From contig CAVUPB010000009.1 in the NCBI GenBank assembly GCA_963743275.1, positions 156,189 to 220,188 on the forward strand: a stretch of DNA of 64,000 bases, given 5' to 3'. This document shows positions 17,042 to 25,208 of this stretch, piece after piece (the first letter of the stretch is position 1; each line of letters opens with the position of its first letter). Under the pieces are notes generated by a model, which was not told where the DNA came from, made no database searches, and was given only the letters and a program-made list of their open reading frames with translations. The translations under genes were made by a program, and so were the position numbers. The DNA comes from an uncultured Actinomycetes bacterium. Lineage in GTDB: Bacteria; Actinomycetota; Thermoleophilia; Gaiellales; JALYLC01.

Positions 17042-17125
17042 ATGGCTGACATCGAAGCTCTCGCAATCGCGCTCGCCTGCTTCGCCTTCGCGTTCGCGCT
17101 CCTGTTCGCACTGGAGCGTGTGTGA
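17042..17125 (+). CDS. 27-aa hydrophobic peptide, KdpF-like, translationally coupled to kdpF
   Basis: MADIEALAIALACFAFAFALLFALERV. Its TGA overlaps the kdpF ATG by 1 nt. The ending FALERV echoes the kdpF ending YALLRGERF. GC3 is moderately high. Confidence 0.45.
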   Translation: MADIEALAIALACFAFAFALLFALERV

Positions 17126-17214
17126 TGGCCGCAGGCGACATCTTCGGGCTGATCGTCGCGCTCGGGATATTCATCTACCTCGTGTACGCGCTCCTTCGCG
17201 GGGAGCGGTTCTAG
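17125..17214 (+). CDS. kdpF: K+-transporting ATPase subunit F
   Basis: 29 aa MAAGDIFGLIVALGIFIYLVYALLRGERF (KdpF-type YLVYAL..E.F ending). Its stop abuts the kdpA ATG. Confidence 0.8.
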   Translation: MAAGDIFGLIVALGIFIYLVYALLRGERF

Positions 17215-18921
17215 ATGAGCGCCCAGGGCATCGCACAGATCGTCTTCTACGCCGTCGTCCTGACGGTGCTCGGCTACCCGCTCGGGATCTACATGTCCCG
17301 GATCTACGAGGCGGACACCGCCCCGGGTGGCCGCTTCCTCCGTGCGATCGAGCACCGCTTCCTGCGCTCCGTCGGCGTGCACGACCAGGAAAGCTCCGAG
17401 CAGACCTGGCAGGGCTACGCGAAGACGGTGATGATCTTCTCGGTCGTCTTCTTCGTCGCGCTCTACACGCTGCTGCGGATCCAGGGCCATCTGTTCCTGA
17501 ACCCGGACAAGATGAAGGGCGTCCCGTCGCCGCTCGCGCTGAACACGGCCGCGAGCTTCATCACGAACACCAACTGGCAGTTCTACGGCGGCGAGGCGAC
17601 GATGTCGTACCTCTCGCAGATGGCCGGCCTGGCGGTGCAGAACTTCGTCTCGGCCGGCGTCGGCATGGCCGTGCTCGCGGCCGTCATCCGCGGATTCTCC
17701 CGTCGCAACTCGGGCAGCATCGGCAACTTCTGGCGCGACCTCTACCGCTCGCTCGTCTACATCCTGCTGCCGCTGGCGTTCGTGCTGGCGCTCGTGCTCG
17801 TCTCGCAGGGTGTCGTGCAGACGTTCGACGGACACACGACGGCCACGACGCTCGAAGGGGCACATCAGACGATCACACGCGGCCCGGCTGCGTCGCAGAT
17901 CGCGATCAAGCAACTCGGGACGAACGGCGGCGGGTTCTTCGACTCGAACTCGGCCGTGCCGTTCGAGAACCCGAATGGCCTCACGAACTTCCTCGAGATG
18001 CTGGCCATCCTGCTCATCCCCGTCGCGCAGGTCTTCATGTTCGGGCGCATGGTCAAGGCGATGCGCCAGGCGGTCGCGATCTTCGCGGCCATGTTCGTGC
18101 TGATGGTCGCGGGCATCGGCATCTCGGTGCCGGCCGAGCAGCACGGCTCCGCGGTGCTACGGAGCTCGGGCGTCAACCTCGGCCAGACACAGCAGAGCGG
18201 CGGCAACATGCAGGACAAGGAGGTGCGCTTCGGCATCGCCAACAGCTCCCTCTGGTCGGTCGTGACGACCAACGCCTCCAACGGCTCCGTCAACTCGGGC
18301 CACGATGCCTATACGCCGGTCGGCGGTGCCGTGCCGCTCGTGAACATCTTCTTCGGCGAGGTGATCTGGGGCGGCGTGGGCTCAGGCCTCTACGGCATGT
18401 TCTTCTACGTCATCATCGCGGTCTTCGTGGCCGGTTTGATGGTGGGCCGCACGCCCGAGTACCTGGGCAAGAAGATCGAGGCGCGCGAGATCAAGTACGC
18501 CGCGATCGGGGCGCTGACGGTGCCCACGGTGGCGCTTGCGCTGACGGCGATCAGCATCGTCACGCATGGCGGTCTCGTGTCGCTCTACAACACAGGCGCG
18601 CACGGCTTCACGGAGGCGCTGTACGCCTACACGTCGCAGTCGAACAACAATGGCAGCGCCTTCGCGGGCTATGGCGGCAAGACGTTCTCCGAGCAGCTCG
18701 GCAGCATCGGGTTGTTCCTCGGTCGCTTCGCGCCGCTCCTGGCCGCGCTCGCGGTCGGAGGCTCGCTCGCCGCCAAGAAGACCGTCCCGGCATCGGCCGG
18801 CACATTCCGCACGGACGGCGGGACGTTCACCGTCCTGCTCATCGCCGTGATCATCCTCACCGCCGGACTGATGATCCTCCCGGCTCTCACGCTCGGGCCG
18901 ATCGTGGAGGCACTGCAGTGA
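17215..18921 (+). CDS. kdpA: K+-transporting ATPase subunit A
   Basis: 568 aa polytopic protein with the NTNWQFYGGE and TNGGGFF selectivity-filter-like motifs of KdpA. Confidence 0.95.
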   Translation: MSAQGIAQIVFYAVVLTVLGYPLGIYMSRIYEADTAPGGRFLRAIEHRFLRSVGVHDQESSEQTWQGYAKTVMIFSVVFFVALYTLLRIQGHLFLNPDKMKGVPSPLALNTAASFITNTNWQFYGGEATMSYLSQMAGLAVQNFVSAGVGMAVLAAVIRGFSRRNSGSIGNFWRDLYRSLVYILLPLAFVLALVLVSQGVVQTFDGHTTATTLEGAHQTITRGPAASQIAIKQLGTNGGGFFDSNSAVPFENPNGLTNFLEMLAILLIPVAQVFMFGRMVKAMRQAVAIFAAMFVLMVAGIGISVPAEQHGSAVLRSSGVNLGQTQQSGGNMQDKEVRFGIANSSLWSVVTTNASNGSVNSGHDAYTPVGGAVPLVNIFFGEVIWGGVGSGLYGMFFYVIIAVFVAGLMVGRTPEYLGKKIEAREIKYAAIGALTVPTVALALTAISIVTHGGLVSLYNTGAHGFTEALYAYTSQSNNNGSAFAGYGGKTFSEQLGSIGLFLGRFAPLLAALAVGGSLAAKKTVPASAGTFRTDGGTFTVLLIAVIILTAGLMILPALTLGPIVEALQ

Positions 18922-19502
18922 TCCGCACAACGGTTCGTTCCCTCATCGTCGTGGTCGTCACGACGCTCTTCTTCGGCGGCGTCTATCCGCTCGTCGTCAC
19001 GGGCATCGCCAAGGTCGCGTTCTCACACGAGGCCAACGGCAGCTTGGTCAAGAAGGACGGCAAGATCGTCGGCTCCGAGCTCGACGGCCAGGCCTTCGCC
19101 AAGGCGCAGTACTTCCACTCGCGCCCCTCGGCGACGAGCCCGGCCTACAACCCGGAGTACTCGACGTTCGCCAACCTCGGGCCGACCAGCTCTGCGCTGA
19201 CCGATCAGGTCAAGAAGGAGCTCGCCGGCGTCCTCAAGACCGAGGGCCCGTACAACCCCGGCCTCAAGGCCAGTGACATTCCGGTGGACGCCGTGACGAC
19301 CTCGGGCTCGGGGCTCGACCCCCACATCTCCCCGGCCAACGCGCAGCTCCAGGCGCACCGTGTCGCCGCAGTTCGGCACCTGTCCCTGGCGCGCGTCATG
19401 CAGCTCGTCAGGTCCCACACGGACGGGCGCAGCTTCAGCTTCCTCGGCGAGCCCGGCGTCAACGTGCTCGCTCTCAACCTCGCCCTCGACAAGGAGCACT
19501 AG
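18918..19502 (+). CDS. kdpC: K+-transporting ATPase subunit C
   Basis: GTG 18918 overlaps the kdpA stop (GTGA). [38 protein letters not shown] and [10 protein letters not shown] match E. coli KdpC along its length. Confidence 0.95.
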   Translation: MIRTTVRSLIVVVVTTLFFGGVYPLVVTGIAKVAFSHEANGSLVKKDGKIVGSELDGQAFAKAQYFHSRPSATSPAYNPEYSTFANLGPTSSALTDQVKKELAGVLKTEGPYNPGLKASDIPVDAVTTSGSGLDPHISPANAQLQAHRVAAVRHLSLARVMQLVRSHTDGRSFSFLGEPGVNVLALNLALDKEH

Positions 19503-19504
19503 GC

Positions 19505-21565
19505 GTGGCACGCAGCTCCGCATCCATCTTCTCGCGCGACATCGTCATGTCGTCGATCCGCGCGTCCTTCCCCAAGCTCGATCCGCGCCTCCAGATCCGC
19601 AATCCGGTGATGTTCATCGTCGAGATCGGCAGCGTCATCACGACCGCGATCTTCGTCAAGCAGATCGTCCAGGGGGACACGAGCGGACTTTGGTTCGTCG
19701 CGACGATCGCGGTCTGGCTGTGGCTGACCGTGCTCTTCGCGAACTTCGCCGAGGCGATCGCCGAGAGCCGCGGCAAGGCCCAGGCCAGCGCGCTGCGGGC
19801 CACCCGCACGACGACGCTGGCGCACCGCCGGCGCGCCGACGGCAGCCTCGAGGAAGTCCCGGCGCCCGATCTCCAGAGGGGCGACGTGGTCGTCTGCGAC
19901 GCCGGCCAGGTCATCCCGGCGGACGGCGACGTGATCGAGGGCGTCGGCTCGGTGGACGAGTCGGCCATCACCGGGGAATCCGCGCCCGTCATCCGCGAGG
20001 CCGGCGGCGATCGCTCGGCCGTCACCGGCGGCACGCGCCTGCTCTCGGACCAGCTCGTGATCCAGGTCACGCAGGAGCCCGGGCAATCGTTCCTCGACCG
20101 CATGATCGCGCTCGTCGAGGGCGCCGAGCGGCGCAAGACGCCGAACGAGATCGCCCTCAACATCCTGCTCGCAGGGCTCACGATCACGTTCGTGGCGGCG
20201 GTCGTCACGCTGCGGCCGTTCGCCATCTATGCGCACACGCCGACCTCGCAGACCGTCCTGATCGCGCTGCTCGTCGCGCTCATCCCGACGACGATCGGCG
20301 CGCTGCTATCGGCGATCGGCATCGCCGGCATGGATCGCCTCATCCAGCGCAACGTGCTCGCGATGTCGGGCCGAGCGGTCGAGGCATCCGGCGACGTCGA
20401 CGTGCTGCTGCTCGACAAGACCGGCACGATCACGCTCGGCAACCGCCAGGCCACCGAGTTCGTCCCGCTGGACGGCGTCAGCGAGCAGGAGCTCGCCGAG
20501 GCGGCCCAGCTCTCGTCGCTCGCCGACGAGACGCCCGAGGGGCGCTCGATCGTCGTGCTCGCGAAGGAGAGGTACGGGCTGCGCGAGCGCGAGCTCGCGA
20601 GCCACGAGGCGATGTTCGTCCCGTTCTCCGCGACCACGCGCATGTCCGGGGTGGATTTCGACGGCAAGCGCCTGCGCAAGGGCGCGGCCGACTCCGTCAA
20701 GAAGTTCGTCGCCGAGAACGGCGGCTCGGGCGATGCGACACAGCTCGACGCCGAGGTCGAGAAGATCGCGCGTCTCGGCGGGACGCCGCTCGTCGTCGCG
20801 CAGGACAACTTCGTGCTCGGCGTGATCCACCTCAAGGACATCGTCAAGGGCGGCATGAGCGAGCGCTTCGACGAGCTGCGCCGCATGGGCATCCGCACGG
20901 TCATGATCACGGGCGACAACCGCGTGACGGCCGGCGTGATCGCCAGCGAGTCCGGTGTCGACGACTTCCTCGCGGAAGCCACGCCCGAGGCCAAGATGGC
21001 GCTGATCCGCGAGGAGCAGGCCCTGGGGCGGATGGTCGCGATGACGGGCGACGGCACGAACGACGCGCCGGCGCTCGCACAAGCCGATGTCGGCGTCGCC
21101 ATGAACACCGGCACGTCGGCGGCGAAGGAAGCCGGCAACATGGTCGACCTCGACTCCAATCCGACCAAGCTGATCGAGATCGTCGAGGTCGGCAAGCAGT
21201 TGCTGATCACGCGCGGCGCGCTGACCACGTTCTCGATCGCCAACGACGTCGCCAAGTACTTCGCAATCCTGCCGGCGATGTTCGCGTTCACGTATGGCAC
21301 CAACGGAGGGCGCGGGCCGCTCGACTCGCTCAACGTCATGAGCCTGGGCACGCCCAAGAGCGCGATCACGAGCGCGATCATCTTCAACGCGTTGATCATC
21401 CCGGCGCTCGTGCCGCTGGCGCTGAAGGGCGTGAAGTACCGCGCGATCGGCGCGACCGCGCTGCTGCGCCGCAACCTGCTCATCTACGGCGCCGGCGGGG
21501 TGATCCTGCCGTTCGTCGGCATCAAGCTGATCGACCTGATCGTGCACAACCTGCTCGGCGCTTGA
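19505..21565 (+). CDS. kdpB: K+-transporting ATPase subunit B (P-type ATPase)
   Basis: DKTGTIT phosphorylation motif with MITGDN and [11 protein letters not shown]-terminus ...[21 protein letters not shown] is KdpB-like. Confidence 0.95.
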   Translation: MARSSASIFSRDIVMSSIRASFPKLDPRLQIRNPVMFIVEIGSVITTAIFVKQIVQGDTSGLWFVATIAVWLWLTVLFANFAEAIAESRGKAQASALRATRTTTLAHRRRADGSLEEVPAPDLQRGDVVVCDAGQVIPADGDVIEGVGSVDESAITGESAPVIREAGGDRSAVTGGTRLLSDQLVIQVTQEPGQSFLDRMIALVEGAERRKTPNEIALNILLAGLTITFVAAVVTLRPFAIYAHTPTSQTVLIALLVALIPTTIGALLSAIGIAGMDRLIQRNVLAMSGRAVEASGDVDVLLLDKTGTITLGNRQATEFVPLDGVSEQELAEAAQLSSLADETPEGRSIVVLAKERYGLRERELASHEAMFVPFSATTRMSGVDFDGKRLRKGAADSVKKFVAENGGSGDATQLDAEVEKIARLGGTPLVVAQDNFVLGVIHLKDIVKGGMSERFDELRRMGIRTVMITGDNRVTAGVIASESGVDDFLAEATPEAKMALIREEQALGRMVAMTGDGTNDAPALAQADVGVAMNTGTSAAKEAGNMVDLDSNPTKLIEIVEVGKQLLITRGALTTFSIANDVAKYFAILPAMFAFTYGTNGGRGPLDSLNVMSLGTPKSAITSAIIFNALIIPALVPLALKGVKYRAIGATALLRRNLLIYGAGGVILPFVGIKLIDLIVHNLLGA

Positions 21566-21601
21566 CCCCCGGCCTGGGCTCGCCCAGGCGGCTCCCCACG
21601 A

Positions 21602-21631
21602 CGCGGGCCCGCTCATCCGAGCGGGCCCGCG
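21602..21631. terminator. 13-bp GC hairpin between convergent kdpB and kdpE
   Basis: CGCGGGCCCGCTC-ATCC-GAGCGGGCCCGCG followed by GTCGTTCTC. A second small palindrome GCCTGGGC-TC-GCCCAGGC lies at 21571-21589. Confidence 0.6.
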
Positions 21632-21638
21632 GTCGTTC

Positions 21639-22349
21639 TCAGGCGGTCTCGCTCTGCCCGTCGAAGAAGCGGTAGCCGAGGCCCGGCTCGGTCACGATCA
21701 GGGCCGGGTGACGCGGATCCTGCTCGATACGGCGGCGCAGTTGCGAGATCTGCACGCGCAGGTTGTCGGCGGCGGCGGCGTCCGGGTCGCCCCAGACCTC
21801 GGCCACGATGGCACGGTGGGTCAACAGCCTTCCGGGGTGACGCATGAAGCACGCGAGCAGCGCGAACTGCGTGCGCGTGAGCTGCACGGGCTCGCCGCGC
21901 ACGCGCGCCGTGTGCTCGGCGAGATCGAGCTGCACCGGGCCTCGCTCCATCCGCGCCGACTCGGCGCGGGCGTCCGCGGCATTGCCATGGCGGAGCGCCA
22001 CGCGCACGCGTGCGAGCAGCTCGCGCACCGAGAACGGCTTCGAGACGTAGTCGTCGGCCCCGAGGTCGAGCGCCTCGACCTTGACGGCGTCCTCGCCCTG
22101 GGCCGAGAGCACGATGATCGGCAGCGCCGGGTACAGCACGCGCACGCGGCGGATGACCTCGAAGCCGCTGACGCCGGGCAGGCCGAGGTCGAGCAGGAGG
22201 AGGTCGAACGCGCCGTTCGTGACGCGTGCGAGCGCATCCTCGCCGGTGAGCGTGGCCGTTACCACGTACCCCTGGGCCTCGAGTGCGATGCGCAGCGCGC
22301 GCAGGACGACCGGCTCGTCGTCGACGAGCAGGATCATCGGTCGCTTCAT
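21639..22349 (-). CDS. kdpE: KdpE response regulator (OmpR family)
   Basis: MKRPMILLVDDEP...LLLLDLGLPG receiver, C-terminal winged helix LTRTQFALLACFMRHPGRLLTHRAIV...LRVQISQLRRRIE. ATG 22349 overlaps the kinase stop (ATGA). Confidence 0.9.
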   Translation of the reverse strand: MKRPMILLVDDEPVVLRALRIALEAQGYVVTATLTGEDALARVTNGAFDLLLLDLGLPGVSGFEVIRRVRVLYPALPIIVLSAQGEDAVKVEALDLGADDYVSKPFSVRELLARVRVALRHGNAADARAESARMERGPVQLDLAEHTARVRGEPVQLTRTQFALLACFMRHPGRLLTHRAIVAEVWGDPDAAAADNLRVQISQLRRRIEQDPRHPALIVTEPGLGYRFFDGQSETA

Positions 22350-23861
22350 GCCGCGAGCGGCAGCTCGACGACGAAGGTCGCGCCGCCGCCCGCTGTGGGC
22401 TCGACGTGGATCGAGCCGCCGTGGGCCTCGACGAACCCTCTGCTGATCGTGAGCCCGAGGCCGGTGCCCATGCTGCTGTCGCGGCCCTTGCGCAGCCGGT
22501 AGTACGGCTCGAAGATGCGCCGGCGCTCGGCCTCGGGCACGCCCGGCCCGTGGTCGACCACCGAGATGCGCAGCGCGGTGCCCGTGCTCGTCGCGTACAG
22601 CCCGATCGCTTCGTCCCGGTCGGCGCGGCTCGCGTTCTCGAGCAGGTTCACGAGCACCTGGCGGATCATCGTCTCGTCGACGTTCACCGGCGGCAGCTCC
22701 GCGACGACGTCGACGTCGACGTACTGGCCTTCGAGCGCCGCCGCCGCGTCGTCGACCGCTGCGTAGAGCAGCTCGTCGACGGGCATCAGCGTGCGCCGGG
22801 GATGCAGCGCGCCGGCCTCGATGCGCGAGAGCTCGAGCATGTTGTCGACCAGCCGCGTGAGCCGGCGGGCCTCGGTCTCGATCCCGCCGATCAGCGCCTC
22901 GCGCTCGTGCTCGGGCACGCTCTCGCGCAGGGCGGAGGCCGATGCGGTGATCGCCGTCAGAGGGGTGCGCAGGTCGTGCGAGACGGACTGCAGGAGCGCG
23001 GTGCGCAAGCGATCCGTCTCCTTGAGCGCCTGCAGCATCACGCCCTCGTGCTCGAGGCGGGCGCGCCCGAGCGCGAGGCCGAGGATCCCGCAGAACGACT
23101 CCAGCACCGCCACCGTCTCGCTGTCGATGCGCCGGGTCCCGGTGTCGGCGGCGAGGTAGCCGAACGTGATGCCGCTGTCGGCGATCGGCAGTGCGAGCAC
23201 GCCGCCCTCGCCGCGCAGCGCGACGAGGGCGGGTCCGTCGGCCGGGCTCATGGTCTGCTCGAGGTGCGCACCCGCGGCGTCGTGCGTGCCCACCCGCTCG
23301 TCGAGCTCCTGACCGCGCACGGCGACGCGCAGCGCGGCGCCGCGCAGGGCGAGGCCCTGCGGTGATGTCGGCCAGCGTCCTGCGCAGCGCGGGCCGCAGG
23401 TCGTCGGTGCGGATCAGGTCGGTCGCCAGCGCCTGCAGCATCTCCATGCGCAGCGCGCGTCGCTTCGCCGCTGCGCTCGCCGACCGGAAGCCGCCCACGT
23501 AGTTGGCGAGGACGACCGCGATCAGCGTGTAGATGATGAAGGCCGCAATGCTCGCGGACGCCTCGATGCGGAACGAGTAGTACGGGTGGGTGAAGAGGAA
23601 GTTGAACGTCAGCGCACTGACGAGCGCGAGCGCGAGCGCGAGGATGCGCCCGCCGTTCGTGGCGATCAGCGGCGGCAGCAGCAGGACGAGCGCGAACGTC
23701 CCGGTGTCGAGGTCGTCGCGCGCGGGCAGCAGCACGGCGACGGCGACGATCAGCATGAACAGCGACGCCGCGCCCGCCAGCGCACCGCGCCAGGCCGCCT
23801 CCTCGTCGAGCTCGGGGAGATGCCGGCGGATCGCAGCGACGGTCTGTGCGCGCGCGCTCAC
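22346..23861 (-). pseudogene. kdpD: KdpD C-terminal half: DUF4118-GAF-HisKA-HATPase kinase, reading frame broken once near 23353
   Basis: Frame A (23861 down) encodes the DUF4118 helices ...LVSALTFNFLFTHPYYSFRIEAS...RTLADITAG. Frame B continues LALRGAALRVAVRGQELDERVG...SVSHDLRTPL...GLGLTISRG to stop 22346. Length is 3n+1, so an extra C in GGGCCTC is implied. The 5' start (GTG 23861) is uncertain. Confidence 0.8.
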
Positions 23862-24028
23862 GACGACCAGCGCGTCGCGCGCACGAGGTGTCGCTGCGGC
23901 ATGCCGCCCATGATGCCGCACATGGTCACGGCTCGACCGTACAGCGCGCGCGTGAAGCCGCGCCAAAGGATGCGCGCGAACGTCTGAAGCGCGCCTAAAG
24001 CCGTCGCGCCACGGGCGGTCGCGGAGCC

Positions 24029-24034
24029 TAGACT
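24029..24034 (+). promoter_or_regulatory. Candidate -10 hexamer TAGACT, 6 nt before GTG 24041 (leaderless geometry)
   Basis: TAnnnT. The GGGAG directly abutting the GTG is too close to act as an SD. Confidence 0.35.
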
Positions 24035-24040
24035 CGGGAG

Positions 24041-25136
24041 GTGGCGGCTCCGCTCCAGGTTGCACGCGGATTCCTGCGCATCTACCTCGGCGCGGCCGCC
24101 GGCGTGGGCAAGACCTACCAGATGCTGGGGGACGCGCGCCTCGCCGCCGAGGAGGGCACCGACATCGTGATCGGCTATCTCGAGCCGCACGGGCGCGTCG
24201 CGACCGAGGAGCGCGCGCGCGGCCTCGAGGCCGCGCCCGTGGTGCGCTACGGATCGGGCAGCCGCGCCGAGACCGAGCCCGATGTCGCGTGGCTGATCGA
24301 GCGCCGTCCGAGCGTCGCGATCGTCGACGAGCTGGCGCACACGAACCCGCCGGAGGCGCCGCGGCCCAAGCGCTACGACGATGTCGCCGTCCTGCTCGCG
24401 AACGGCATCGACGTCTGGACGACCGTCAACATCCAGCACCTCGAGAGCCTCGGCAACCGCATCCGCTCGCTCACCGGAGTCGAGGTCCGCGAGACGTTCC
24501 CGGATCGGCTCCTGCACGAAGCCGACGAGATCAAGCTCGTCGACCTCAGCCCGGCATCGCTGCGCGAGCGCATCGCGCGCGGTCTCGTCTATCCCACGGA
24601 TCGCGTCGAGCAGGCGCTGACGGGCTTCTTCACGATCGAGAACCTCACCGCCCTGCGCGCGCTCGTCCTGCACGAGCTCGCCGAGGTCGCGGCGGCGCAT
24701 CTCGACACGACGAATCCCGACGCGCGGCCGAGCGAGCGGGTGCTCGTGGCGATCAGCGCTCGCCGCGACTCGTACGCGATCCTCATCCGGAACGGCGAGC
24801 GCCTGGCGCGCCGCAGCGACTCCGAGCTCTACGTGCTGTACGTCGAGCCTCCGGGCGGCCGCAACGGACGCGGACACCGCGCGCGTGCTCGCCGACGCCG
24901 AGGCGCTCACGCGCTCGCTCGGGGGCGTCTTCCTGCGCCGGCGCGCCGAGAACCCGGCGAGCGAGATCATCCGCGAGGCGGAGGCCCAGCGCATCACGCA
25001 GATCGTCGTCGGCAAGAGCCGCCGCTCGGGTCTGCGCCTGCGTCTCGGCGGCTCGCTCGTCGAGGCCGTGCTGCGCGGCACCTCGGGCATCGACGTGCAC
25101 GTCGTCGACGATCAGGCTCCGCGCGCCGGCGCGTGA
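24041..25136 (+). pseudogene. Stand-alone KdpD N-terminal sensor domain + USP domain, reading frame broken once near 24859
   Basis: RIYLGAAAGVGKTYQML...VDELAHTN...WTTVNIQHLESL matches KdpD-N. The USP domain ERVLVAISARRDS...ELYVLYVEPPGG then continues in the +1 frame as ATDADTARVLADAEALTRSLGG...GIDVHVVDDQ. Length is 3n+1. Confidence 0.8.
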
Positions 25137-25208
25137 GAAACCCGCACGGCGCGCGCCGTGCATCCGGTAGCCTCGCGCCGTGCCGGCCATCACGTACGAC
25201 GGGTCGGC

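Noticed and set aside
21639-24065. 808-aa ORF as a single gene
   Set aside because: Only its ends make sense: kdpE at the 3' end and the DUF4118 helices near the 5' end. The middle ~320 codons are Arg-rich nonsense, while the kinase GAF/HisKA/HATPase is in another frame (22346-23320). I interpret this as kdpE plus a frame-disrupted kdpD half.
25158-25208. Track start 25158 for the KimA-fusion gene
   Set aside because: Alignment to remembered KimA N-termini (..KR.L.G......L..L.A....SD.LSSVAY) fits ATG 25209 (MSAPGRSFKRTLVGRRM...). The extra 17 aa are His/Arg-rich.
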